Assembly (NCBI GenBank): GCA_963575745.1
Contig: CAUYUJ010000002.1
Location: 1,550,001 to 1,614,000, forward strand
From: Prorocentrum cordatum
Taxonomy: Eukaryota
Reading direction: 5' to 3'
Length of the DNA stretch: 64,000 nucleotides
A model generated the notes under the pieces. The model saw nothing but the letters and a program-made list of their open reading frames with translations. It was not told where the DNA came from and searched no databases. Position 1 is the first letter of the stretch. Each line of letters opens with the position of its first letter. Positions 1 through 12,000 of the stretch are shown piece by piece. Both the position numbers and the translations under genes were made by a program.

Positions 1-150
1 CCCCGGCGTCAGGGGACCCCTGCATGTCGATGAGTTGGCTGCACATCTTCGCGGCGATGCGCTGAAACACCTCTTTCTTGTGCATGTTTGTTCTGAACTC
101 GAGGCCGTTATCCTTGGAGTACTTCGCGCCAAACCCCTCTAAGTTCACCG

Positions 151-1179
151 CTACTGGCTTCCCCGGTCCCGCACTTCCCGAAGCATCCCTGCCAACAGGT
201 AGTGCTCGCACAGTTTCCGGCTGGCATCGAACAGGACGAATTTCGCGTTAGCGATGAGCCTCATGGCGAAGTCGCCTTGGTAGATGTCATGTTTGACCTT
301 GGCCTCTAGAGGGTCCGAGCCGTTCTCACTCGACCACTTGGTTTTCGGGGCTTTCTTCGGAAACGCCATGCCGTATTGTTCACTCGTGTCGTGCTGGGCC
401 TCGTCTGGGTGGAAGCCGTTCTCATCAGCCTCCCACGGTTTTGTGCGGTCTCTGGGCTCCGCCTCAGGAGCGGCATCCGCCCTGTTGCTGTCCCTGCTGC
501 GTCGGTAGCTCCAGCTCCCGCTGCGTTCACGGTACTTTTTCCCGCCGCGAGCTGAACTCGACCGATCCCTGCGCCTGCTCCTGCTGCGGCGCCGGTCTGG
601 TTGGCGGGAGTGTTCCCCGCCCTTTCCCTCATGTTTTCTTGCCCCGCGGGGCGTCGGCGACCTATCCCGGCGCCTGCTTCGGCTCCGGCGCCGGTCGCCC
701 TGGCGGGAACGGTCGTTGTTCTTCTTGTCTGGCCGCTCATTCCCAATCTGCGGGCGGGTTTGGCCCTCGCCTCTGTTGTCGCGGCCCCGGTCGGAACGGC
801 CGTCCTCGCCACGGCGGTTCCTGCTGCGGCGGGCGCCGTGCCGTTTCGGGGTGGCCCCCGGTTGCTTCTCCGTCAGCGGCAAGGACATTTGGGACGGCGG
901 CGGCGAGGGCGGCGGCGGCGCCGCGCCGCACGGTCCTGGGGGGAACATGAACTGGCCAGGCGGGGGCGGCATGCCCCATGCTGCGGCTGCTGCCATGGCC
1001 TCTGCCCATGGACTCGGCCATGCGGGGCTGTTCTCCATGTTCGGTGGGCTGTGAAAGCTGGACATGTTTGGGAATATATCCTCTTTCGCTGTTGTGCTGG
1101 TTTGAACCAACGCGGCTGCGCACCCTCTTCCCACCCCTGATATGCAAGACGAACAATGCAAGATGTAATGAGGATGCAC
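151..1179 (-). other. Possible degenerate coding fragment (Pro-rich and RS-rich region followed by a globular-looking segment), function unknown
   Basis: 342-aa ORF. Its C-terminal part (DIYQGDFAMRLIANAKFVLFDASRKLCEHYLLAGML) looks non-repetitive. A shifted frame stays open to the window edge (AVNLEGFGAKYSKDNGLEFRTNMHKKEVFQRIAAKMCSQLIDMQG). No recognisable family. Confidence 0.25.
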
Positions 1180-1374
1180 CGTGTCTGAAAATATGTAGCG
1201 GTATTGAGCAAAGCTTGCAGCGATTCAGAGGAGATAGGAGGAGAAGCAACAACCATGCAAGACGTTACGGCAGTACCACGCTACGAGGAAGGAGGGGGAG
1301 GAGGAAGACACTTCTCACACGGTGCTTGCACACACTGCGGTTGGGGCCCTTGCCGGGTCCGGGCGACTTGCGTC

Positions 1375-1570
1375 GCACGGGCGGCTTCTGTGGCACGGGC
1401 GGCTTCTGTCGAGCGGGCAGCTTCTGAGCTTCTGTCGAGCGGGCAGCTTCTGTCGAGCGGGCAGCTTCTGTCGAGCGGGCTGCTTCTGTCGAGCGGGCTG
1501 CTTCTGTCGTACGGGCGTTTTGTGTCGCACGGGCGGTCTCTCTCGCGCGGGCATTGGATTCGGCACGGGC
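1375..1570. repeat. 18-bp minisatellite (GGGCAGCTTCTGTCGAGC)n
   Basis: Tandem copies visible at ~1396-1510 with degenerate flanks. Confidence 0.85.
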
Positions 1571-2555
1571 TGTTTGGACGAAAGTAAGGCGCTACAACAA
1601 GCCGTTCGTATCATATCGCGCGCAGTACAAGGGGATGGGAAATTACAGAGGGAGAGAGGGAAAGAGAGAAAGAGAGAGAGAGAGAGAACAAGGAGAGCGA
1701 AAGGGGCAGGGGACGGAAGGGGGAACGGGAAGATCTGTGACCGACCCTTCTTTCCTGGCAGGGGTGCCAGGCCGAGCTTGTCTGCGTCATCACTGCAAGT
1801 GCGCATTGGACACTGCGTCCCGAAATTCGGATACGGCTTTCTGAGTCAAGGAACGCCTACCCACGTCTACCAACATCGATTCCCACTCGGCTCCTCTGGG
1901 CCAGATGGCACAATTCGCCTTGTGAGAAGAAAGCCTAGTGTGAAAACCGACGCCGATCAACCTCTGCTTTGCTTCGGCTATCAGCTGCCTGGCCCGCGCA
2001 GTCCCGCAGGGGCAATAGTGTCTCATATTAGGGCTAACGTATTCAAGGATAAACGTGGTTTTGCCTTCGCTCTGCTTCGTAGTGTACAGACGTGGTAACG
2101 GCACGCTGTCCTCTAGCATGCGCGCGCACGTACCCGTATACAACGGCCGTCCTCTGTGCTACAAGCAAATTCGTGCGACTTGTTAAGCACGAATTCGCTT
2201 GTAGCACACAGAATCCATCGACGAGACAGTGCGTATCGGTGGCCTCCAAGTACACCCGTCTTCAAATTTCTCTGACGACAGATGCAACGAAGGAGTACGC
2301 AGAAGTGCCAGGAAGCGGCCCAAGAAGGCTCCACGACAGCCCAAGAAGGCGTCGGTGAAAGCTTCAAGAGCGCAATAGGCCTCAAACGGCCAAAAAGGCC
2401 TCCAAGACAGCTTAAGATACCCCCAAGATCCCAAGAGGACCCGAAGGCGGTCCAAGAGCGCTCCAAGAGCGTTCAAGATGGCAACAACACGGCCCAAGGG
2501 GCCCCGAAGACGCCCCCGACAAGGCTCCAAGAGTACCCCTAAGAGGACCCCGTTC

Positions 2556-3051
2556 GGGTTGACCCAAAAAGGGGTCCAGCGACAAGGGGGTGGTGCATTA
2601 AATTTGGTGCAATAGATGTGTGAGTTGCAATACATGTGGGGCGTGCAATACATCCCGGGGCGCAAATGTATTACTGGATTCGGGGCTCAAAACGGGGGTC
2701 AATGCAAACGGGGGTCAGCCAGGGCACCGGATCTTGAGGGTTCCTGCGAAGACCCCTCTGGCTGACCCGGGTTAGCGAGCTGCTCGTGGCCGCGAGGCGG
2801 CCGCGCATATTGGCTGACTCGGGGTTGCGAAGACGTGCGTTGCATTTTTTGTTCCTGCATTGCAGTTGTTGGTTTCCTGTTGACCCAGGTTTGGATTGAC
2901 TTGGGTCAGAAGATCCCCGATGGATTCTCGCGTGGAGTACATAAGTTGCAATACAGTGTAATTCAATTCACTGGCGCAATACATTTGTAAGACAATTGCC
3001 CCAAATCTATTCCACCACCCCCCTGCAGTTGGACCCCTCTTTGGGTCACCC
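2556..3051. mobile_element. MITE-like element with ~55-bp imperfect terminal inverted repeats
   Basis: 2561-2613 GACCCAAAAAGGGGTCCAGCGACAAGGGGGTGGTGCATTAAATTTGGTGCAAT is an imperfect reverse complement of 2995-3047. No coding capacity. Internal part 2680-2770 resembles 38746-38840. Confidence 0.6.
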
Positions 3052-3159
3052 AAAATGATCATGATTATGATGATGGTGATGGTGATGGTGATGATGATGA
3101 AGGTGGTGATGGTGATGGTAATGATGGCGACGGTGGTGGTGATGATGATGATATCTAGG

Positions 3160-3391
3160 CCTCCTAGATGGGGTCCGAGTGGATGGGGTCGGAGGATCGC
3201 GCCGTATCGTCAATGTATCGGCGATGCGGCTCGATGTGGAGCCCGATTTTCGCCACCGACGGCGCCAATGCATCGCGGGCATCGCCAGTGCATCGCTGGT
3301 GCGTCGCCGATGCATCGCCGATGCATGGCCGATGCATCGCTGATGCGGCACCGATCCTTCGACCCCATCTACTGCGACCCCATCTGGGAGG
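3160..3391. mobile_element. Palindromic MITE-like element inside a (GAT/GGT)n tract
   Basis: Left end CCTCCTAGATGGGGTCCGAGTGGATGGGGTCGGAGGATCG pairs with right end CGATCCTTCGACCCCATCTACTGCGACCCCATCTGGGAGG. The core is made of GCATCGCCGAT/ATCGGCGATGC palindromic units. Related copies at ~19940-20225 and 39215-39250. Confidence 0.65.
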
Positions 3392-3509
3392 ACTCTATGA
3401 TAGCGATGGTGATGATGGTGTTGATGGCATGATGATGTTGGCGACGGTGATGGTGATGGCGATGATGATATAGATGAGGATGAGGATGAGGAGCGATTAC
3501 GATGACGAC

Positions 3510-4300
3510 AGCTTGCACGGGAGGCAAACATGGCGGCATCGAGACTCCAGAAGAGTTCAACATCATGCTCGAGGCGGCCATGGAGAACCTGCTAGACCAG
3601 TGGGCGCTCTGCGACTACGGCTTCGCTCTGGATGAGGACGGCAAGCAGCGCGTGACCCATCTCATTTGGGCAGACAACATTTTCTTATTAGCGTCTTGCG
3701 TTGACGAGTTCCGCCACATGGTGCAGGACGTCACGAATGAGATCGTCCGCATGGGTTTCACGTGGAAGGCGTCATCTTTGGAGTGCATGCTATGCGGCCC
3801 GGTTGCGAACGAGGGTGTTGAAAACGTATGTGTGGTGGCAGATAAGACTTACATATTTGAATTTGTACAACATATGTGGGTTGGGTGTGCTGCTTACTTC
3901 TGACGGCGATACTGCCACCAGCCTTGATCATAGACTCACGGCAGCCGAGAAGAACTTTTGGTGCAACGTCAGGATCCTGAAAGGGACAGGGGGCATCGCC
4001 CGCAAACTGAAGGCCTGGGCCAGGGGACCAGCGGCCAGCGCAGCAGATGGATCCGCATCATGGCATTTAGCAAAGCAGATCTTACTGAAAGCGAAACGGC
4101 GAGAATTCAATATGTTACGACGCATTCTCAAATTGCGGCACAAGCCTGGAGAGGGACATGAGAAATACATGATTCGCAGCGCCAGGTTCATAGAGAAGCA
4201 GTTCCTGGCGTTGAACATCCGGCCACTGCACAGCCGTATCTTGCTAGCCGTCTTCAAAAATGCATGGCGGGACAAGTCTTCATGTTCGCCTAGCGGCTAG
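3510..4300 (+). pseudogene. Non-LTR (LINE) reverse transcriptase fragment, frameshifted and 5'-truncated
   Basis: GGKHGGIETPEEFNIML matches the RT G..QG...SP..FN motif. THLIWADNIFLLA (3667-3678) matches the catalytic (Y/F)ADD-type motif. After a frameshift near 3875 comes LGVLLTSDGDTATSLDHRLTAAEKNFW, typical of the LINE thumb region. Confidence 0.8.
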
Positions 4301-4318
4301 GCAGCGAGCGCAAACGAC

Positions 4319-5137
4319 GTGAATGCGGTTTCAAACACGAGGGCTATGGACACCGCGTGGAGTGGGAGGAGGTGTTCGTGCAAGCGCAACGATTGTATCA
4401 CGGAGCCTGACTGGATGGCATGTTTTCCGCAATTCGAGTCGCACCTCTGTGAGGCATGGGGGCTCTTCAATCCCAGTGCCACCGCTGGAAAACCCGAGAA
4501 CGCCATAGTCGAGACCGGCCCTAAACGGAGGAGGACCGCCGCCCATCTTTTGGAACAGCTTCCAGACTCTCACGGCGACTGTGCCCCTATTGCACATGAA
4601 CAAGACCCCGTGGGGCGCATGGCTTTCATGACGGACTGCAGACCTTTAGCCGGAGCGTTGAGTGGTACAACCGTACTATCGAATCCCAGTTTGGTTCCGA
4701 TGTTCGAGCGTATCAGCCGCATTATCTTCGGCATGTTCAACTCTGGATGGCGCCCGGCGCGCGATATTGATAATGTGATTTGCTGGCGCTGGCGAGAGTG
4801 GAACGTTCGAGCAGACTTCTTGGTGAACTACACGATGGATTTCCGGAAGTCGTGGTTCCAACGTGGGCGCGCTTCAGCCGAGGATTTTGCTAATGCGAAC
4901 ATCTTGGTGCACACAGATGGGGGCACCCGCGCCGGGGCGTGCTCGGCTGCAGCATGGTGCGCTGAGGCTGTCGTTCGCAAAGGAGGGTGCGAAGTAACGA
5001 TTCCAGTATTATTCGCATGCACGGTTATTATTGGTCCCGTTTCTTCTTTTACTGCGGAGGCTTTCGCGCTTGAGGAAGCGGCAGAAGCAGTGAGGACCCT
5101 GACCAAAGCCACGAGCCACCAGCCGTCAAATGTATGA
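4319..5137 (+). pseudogene. RNase H-like domain of the same LINE, motifs in permuted order
   Basis: FMTDC (~4625-4639) and WREWNVRADFLVN (~4790-4828) come first, followed by ILVHTDGG (D at 4916) and SSFTAEAFAL (E at 5057). Confidence 0.6.
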
Positions 5138-5319
5138 TTTAGACAGCTGGTCCAAGAGGCCAGCGCCTTTCCTCAGACCCTAGCGTATTGCACATGTTTT
5201 GCCTTCGTCTGATCTCCATTCCGTTGCCCACGCTGCTGTGCATGCCATTCGTGACAGGTTCAAGCGGCCAACACTGTTCGTGCTTTAGGCTTAGCGAAAG
5301 AAAATAAAACAGCTTGCGC

Positions 5320-5980
5320 GATGGTGATAGTCATGACGATGATGACGATGCTGGTGACGGTGACGGTGATGGTGATGATGATTGCGATGGTGATGACGAA
5401 AACGATGGTGAGGTTGAGGATTGTGAGGAGCAGGGTGATGACGATGAAGATGATGATGGCGACGACGACGGTGATGACGTCAACGGTTAGTGCGACGGTG
5501 GTGACGATGTTGAATGTGATGATGCTGATGATGCTGATGATGATGATGATGATGATGATGCTTAGGGTGGTGGTTCTGATTTTGAGGATGAGGACAAAGA
5601 TAATAATGTTGATATCGATGGAAATGACGATTTTGATGACGATCGACAAACAGTAATCATGACGATGATGAGGCGCGCAGTCGTCGGAGTACGCTCTGTG
5701 CGCTGTGGAGGGCAGTCGCCCAAATCTTCCCGAAAGCGTTTTTGGGATCATCCTACCGACGGTGGCGGCGATGGTGGGGACGACGGGCGTATCATGATGA
5801 TGATCATGTCCATGGTGTTCATGATGACGCTGACGCTGCTGACGACGATGCGGAAGAGCATGATGATGGTGAAAACATGCGACGATGATGATGATATCGG
5901 CGACGGTGACTATGATGCTGACGATCATGATCATGACGCTGACGATGATGATGATGCGGATGATGATGATGATGATGATA
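5320..5980. repeat. Degenerate (GAT)n microsatellite tract
   Basis: Long GAT/GAC/GGT triplet runs giving poly-Met/Asp/His artefact ORFs. Confidence 0.9.
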
Positions 5981-6639
5981 CTGATTCCTCCCACTGTCCG
6001 ACGGCCGAATATGTTTGTTCAACCGCCTTCGGGCCACGCTAGAACTTGAGGGCGCGCGAAGCGCTCACGATGGTTCTACAATAAACACTTAACAACATGG
6101 TTTATCAATGTGTATATATATATAGTATTAAACCGTGCTTTCATTCCGGGTTTATTTTTTCTGGTCAAAGAACTGGGCCTGCCTGTCGGCATGGCGGCTA
6201 TGTTGTCGCGCCGCCGCCTCGTCGCCGCCCGTCGATTGGGCCTGTCTGTCGGTCTAGCAGCTATGTTGTCACCGTCGCCGTCCCGTCGCCGCATCGTCGC
6301 AGCCCGTCGTCTGGGCTTGTCTGTCGGTCTGGCGGCTACTATGTAGTCGCCGTCGCCGCCTCGTCGCCGTGCGTCGCTTGGGCCTGTCAGTCGGTCTGTC
6401 GGGTCCGTTGTCGCCCGTCGCCGCCCAAGATTTCACAACATTGATAGCACCGCAAAGATTGCACCACAAAGATTGTAACGCATATATATTCTATCCTAAA
6501 AGGAGATAGATTCTGACCCCCCTGGGATTATCGGTCCCCTTTTGGTATTCTAATTCCCAAATGATTCGACCGGTCGTCCATCGTAAATAAAAGTTCGTAT
6601 GATCCCAGCCAGGCCGGCATCGACACCCCCCGTCATCGT

Positions 6640-7320
6640 TTGGAAAAAAGTAGGCGCGCGCACTCGCTTATCAAATATCAGACGTTTCCCATAATCCTTT
6701 GCAAACAACGAGACGGAGTACACGCGCGCGTCGTCGCGCGCGCATGCCGAAATCGCTCAGAAGCCGTAGGTTGCGTAAGGATCTCAAAATCGAGTGTCCA
6801 AATACATACAGAACACATGGTTTCGCAACACTGATTTTCAACAACAAATGCGCGCTCTCTTGCGAATTCTCAAGGGAAGCCATTGGTTTTTCAACATTTT
6901 CATACCATCCTACCAAACGGGCTTCGCGCGCGCGTGTCGAAATCGTTCGAACGCCCTTGCGCGCGTGCTGTCGCGAAAATCCTTTGCAACAGACGGGACA
7001 AAGTGCATGCGCACGCGTCGTCGCGCGCGTATGCCGGAACCTTTCAAAACCGAGTGTCCCGAAACCACCCAAAAACATATGGTTTCGCAACATCCGTTCC
7101 TCCAAACATCATGCGGTCGCGCCATTGCGAATGCTTAAAACTGTAGGTGTTTTTCAACATTTCCACGGACTTCTGCTAAGCGAGCCGCTCGCGCCGCATG
7201 TCGAAACCATTCGAGCGCCGTTGCGCGTGTGCTGGGGGGGGGACGGCCCGGGTCAAATAATACCATGCGGGCCATTCTCACGCGCAGGCCGCGCGCACGT
7301 TGATTTTTCCAAAACCTTCA
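6640..7320. repeat. CGCG-rich dispersed repeat with internal ~300-bp duplication
   Basis: ~6700-6900 is similar to ~6990-7170 (GCGTCGTCGCGCGCG..ATGCCG, CGAGTGTCC, ATGGTTTCGCAACA, TTTTTCAACATTT). Confidence 0.6.
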
Positions 7321-7619
7321 TCGCCGACGCGAGGACGCCGTCATCGTCGTCGGCGGGATCAGCATCAGCGCCGTCATTGACTCGCTACGATCATCATCGT
7401 GTCTACAGTTGTCGACGTTGCCATGATACCGCGCTCACAAGTGCTCGCAGGGAAGTGCCCGCTGGGATGTGCCCAGCGGTCAGCGCCACCGCGGCTGCAG
7501 GGATGCACCAGCTAACACCACGCAGTCGTCGCAATAGCCGCCGCATGGGTTTTGCAAACCAGGTTGCGGGTGGGTGGATGGGATGTTTGCGCCAGCTGGG
7601 GGGGGGGAACAATTTCACA

Positions 7620-7965
7620 TTCGGCAAGGTGAGTTGCACCACGTAGATTGGACCACGGAGCTTGCATCACATAAGTTACACAACGTAGATTGCACGATTT
7701 ACAGTGCACAACACAGCTTGCACCACATAGGTTGATCTGCACGTGTTGCACCACACCGGCTGCACAACATAGATTGCACCACATAGGGTGCACAACACAG
7801 ATTGCATTACGTAGATCTCAGACCAACGGTTGTACCACATTGATTGCCCAACGCAAATTTCATCAGAGTTATTGCGCAGCGTAGACTGCACCACATAACG
7901 TGCACAATTTATATTGGACCACATAAGAAGCACAGCGTGTATTGCACCACAAAGTTTGCATTCCA
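7620..7965. repeat. Degenerate ~19-bp minisatellite (TTGCACCACATAGA-like)
   Basis: Recurrent TTGCACCAC / ACATAGATTG motifs. Confidence 0.75.
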
Positions 7966-8079
7966 TTCAATGGTGTGGGCCAGCACTGATTCAATTTGGG
8001 TATATACGGACCTGTACTTATGTATATATGTACTTGTATGGATACACAAAATCTTTAACACTAACAGGAACCACCAACA

Positions 8080-9047
8080 TTATCTTGGCGAAGGACCCAC
8101 CCATATACAGTCGTGAGTATCACACATGTCAGTGCCGTCTTCGGTAGAGTTCCCTTTGGGGGCTCGAAGCGTCTACGTGGTGTGCAGGCATGCGTTCCGG
8201 GCCGCCGTGCGAACGTTGCCAGTGGTGTCTTCAGCGGAGCTCCTTATGATGCCGCGAAGCGTGTGAGCGGTGTGCCAAAATGGAGGGCGGAACTGAATGC
8301 GAACGCAGCCACTGGGGCTCGGTGGAGCACCCGATGGTGTGCTGAGATGAGGAGTGGAACCGCATATGAACGCAGCCACTGGGGCCTTCGGTGGAGTTCC
8401 GTATAGGGCCACTACACATGTGAGGTGTGTGCCGACATGGGGGGTGGAACTGGATGCGAACGCCACCGCGGGGGCCGTCGGTGGGGTTCCCTATGGGGCC
8501 ACCGCACATGTGAGGTGTGTGCCGAAATGCGGGGCGGAACTGAATGCGAACGCCGCCACGGGGGCCTTTGGTGGAGCACCCTATAGGGCCACGAAACGCG
8601 TGAGGGGTGTGCCGACACTGGGGGTGGGACCGCTTGTGAATGCAGCCATTGGGCCCTTGGGTGGAGCTACCTTTGGGGCCACGAAACATGCAAGGGGTGT
8701 GCCGAAATAGAACATGGAATTCCATGCGAACATAGCCATTGGGGCCTTCGGTGTGGCATCCTATGGGGCCACGAAACGTGTAAGGGGTATGCCGAGATGG
8801 AGGGTGGAGCTGCATGCGACCGCATTCAGTGGAGCCTTAGGTGGAGTTCGCTGTGGAGCCACGAAACGTGTGAGGGGTGTGCCGACGTGGACGTGCGGAT
8901 GGCAGTGGCAGGGGTGTGAGGAGGGAGGAGGAGGAGGAGGAGGAGGAGGAAGAGGAGGAGGAAGAGGATGAAGAGGAGGAGGAGGAAGGAGAACGCGGGG
9001 CGCTGTTCCATCAAAGCGAAGACCCAGCACCACAGGAAGGGTGTGAA
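8080..9047 (+). mobile_element. Non-autonomous module carrying a ~60-bp tandem array
   Basis: Head TTATCTTGGCGAAGGACCCA; array of GGGGCCACGAAACGTGTGAGGGGTGTGCCGA... units at 8140-8890; (GAG)n tract; tail TCAAAGCGAAGACCCAGCACCACAGGAAGGGTGTGAA related to the tails of the next three modules. Confidence 0.55.
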
Positions 9048-9090
9048 TGTTGATATCTTGTTTTTTTGCTGACGCAACAAACAATAACAA

Positions 9091-12000
9091 TTACCCTGGC
9101 GACGTACCCAACCCCTGCGAAATGCGTGGCATGAGTAGCTTGGGAGACGTTATACGGAGGTGATGACGTGACATGGGCGCATATACTTTTGCGAGCGGCA
9201 TTCGTGAGGCTCGCAGCCCCCCCAGGCATGGCGATGTCCCGCTCAGATCTGCTTGGTGCCTCGCTCCGCAGGACCCGCCACTCGAAAGTTGCGACGGTTT
9301 CGCAGATCGCAGCCCCCCAAGGACGGCGAGGCCCCGCTCCGATCTGCGCGGTGCCTCACCCCGGTGGACCCACCAGCAACCCTCGAAAGTGGGGACAATT
9401 TCGCAGATTGCAGCCCCCCAGGCACGGCGAGGCCCTGCTCAGATCTGCGCGGTGCCTCACTCAGCAGGACCCACCAGCAGCCCTCGAAAGTGGCGACAGC
9501 TTCGCAGATCGCAGCTCCTCGGGGACGGCAAGGTCCCGCTCAGATCTGCGCGGTGCCTCACTCCGCTGGACCCACCAGCAGCCCTCGAAAGCGGCGACAG
9601 TCTCGCAGATCGCAGCCCCCCAGGGACGGCGAGGTACCGCTCAGATCTGCGCGGTGCCTCACTCCGCTGGACCCCCCAGCAGCCTTCGAAAGTGGCGACA
9701 GCTCCGCAGATCGTTATGCTGGGCCCCCAAACAGCCTTCGAAAGTTGCGACGGTTTCGCAGATCGCAGCCCTCCGAGGGACAGCGAGGTCCCGCTCAGAT
9801 CCGCGCGGTGCCTCACTCCGCTGGAACCACCAGCAGCCCTCGAAAGCAATGGCAAGTTCGCAGATCGCAGCCCCACAGGGACGGCGAGGTACCGCTCAGA
9901 TCCGCGCGGTGCGTCACTCCGCTGGACCCACCAGCAGCCCTCGAACGTGGCGGCGGTTTCGCAAATCGCAGCCCCCCAGGGACGGCGAGGCCCCGCTCAG
10001 ATCTGCCCGATGCCTCACCCCGCAGGACCCACCCGCAGCCCTCGAAAGCGGCGGCAGTTTCGCAGATCGCAGCCCCCCAGGGGCGGCGAGGTCCCGCCAA
10101 AATCTGCGCGGTGCCCCACTCCGCAGGACCCACCAGCAGCCCTCGAAAGCGACGACAAGTTCGCAGATCGCAGCCCCCCAGGGACGGGGAGGTCCCGCTC
10201 AAATCCGCGCGGTGCCTCACTCCGCTGGAACCACCAGCAGCCCTCGAAAGTGGTGACAGTTTCGCAGATCGCAGCCCCCCAGGGACGGCGAGGCCCCGCT
10301 CAGGTCTGCGCGATGCCTCACCCCGCTGGACCCACCAACAGCCCTCGAAAGTGGCGACAGTTTCGCAGATCGCAGCACCCCAGGGACGGGGAGGTCCCGC
10401 TCAGATCCGCGCGGTGCCTCACTCCGCAGGACCAACCAGCAGCCTTCGAAAGTGGCGGCAGTTTCGCAGACGGCGCGGTCCCGCTCAGGTCCGCGCGATG
10501 CCTCACTCCGCAGGACCCACCAGCAGCCCTCGAAAGTGGCGACAGTTTGGCAAATCGCAGCCCCCCAGGGACGGCGAGGGCCCGCTCAGATCCGCGCGGT
10601 GCCTCACTCCGCAGTGCCCACCAGCAACCCTCGAAAGTTGCGACAGTTTCCCAGAACGCAGTCCCCCAAGGACGGCGAGGCCCCGCTCAGATCCGCGCGG
10701 TGCCTCACCCCGCTGGACCCACCAGCAGCCCTCGAAAGTGGCGACAGTTTCGCAGATCGCAGCACCCCAGGGACGGGGAGGTCCGCTCAGATCCGCGCGG
10801 TGCCTCACTCCGCAGGACCCACCAGCAGCCTTCGAAAGTGGCGGCAGTTTCGCAGACGGTGCGGTCCCGCTCAGATCCGCGCGATGCATCACTCCGCAGG
10901 ACCCACCAGCAGCCCTCGAAAGTGGCGACAGTTTGGCAAATCGCAGCCCCCCAGGGACGGCGAGGGCCCGCTCAGATCCGCGCGGTGCCTCACTCCGCAG
11001 GACCCCCCAGCAGCCCTCGAACGTGGCGACAGTTTGGCAAATCGCAGCCCCCCAGGGACGGCGAGGGCCCGCTCAGATCCGCGCGGCGCTTCACTCCGCA
11101 GGACCCACCAGCAGCCCTCGAAAGTGGCGACGGTGTCGCATATCGCAGCCCCCATCGTCGGCGAAGAGAGGGCCGGGGGAGGCGGGAGGGGGGGCGCGGG
11201 AAGGAAAGCGACTACAGTGCTCTATTCAAAACGAATGCACAACTAAGGAGGGCTGGGAAAACTACACCTTGGCGACGTACCCACCCCCTGCGCAACACGG
11301 GGCATGAGTAGCTTGGGAGACGTCATGCGGAGGTGATGACGTGACATGGGCGCATATACTTCTGCAGGCGGCATTCGTGAGGCTCGCAGCCCCCCAGGCA
11401 TTGCGATGTCCCGCTCAGATCTGATTGGTGCCTCGTTCCGCTGGACCCACCAGCAGCCCTCGAGAGTGGCGACAAGTTCGCAGATCGCAGCCCCCCAAGG
11501 ACGGCGAGGTCCCGCTCAGACCCGCGCGGTGCCTCACTCCCTAGGACCCACCAGCAGCCCTCGAAAGTGACATCAATCTCGCAGATCGCAGCCCCCTAGG
11601 GACGGCGAGGTCCCGCTCAGGCCTGCGCTGTGCCTCATTCCGCAGGAACCACCCGCTGCCATCGAAAATGGCGACGCGTCGCGCACCGCAGCCCCCCCCC
11701 CCAGGGCGGCGATGTCCCGCTCAGGTCATCGCGGTGCTTCACTCCGCAGGACCCACCAGCAACCGTCGAAAGCGGCGACAGACTCGCATGTCGCAGCCCC
11801 CCCAGGGACGGCGAGGCCCCGCTCAGGTCCGCGCGGTGCCTCGCTCCGCAGGACCCACCAGCAGCCCTCGAACGCGGCGACGTTTTCGCAGATCGCAGCC
11901 CCCCGGGGACGGCGAGGTCCCGCTCAGGCCCGCGCGGTGCGTCGCCCCGCAAGCCCACCAGCAGCCTTCGAAAGCGGCGACGCGTTCGCAGACCGCAGCC

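Noticed and set aside
9168..11311. Long ORFs (362-712 aa) in all three + frames
   Set aside because: They are translations of a stop-poor GC-rich 101-bp tandem repeat; the same peptide rotates through the frames.
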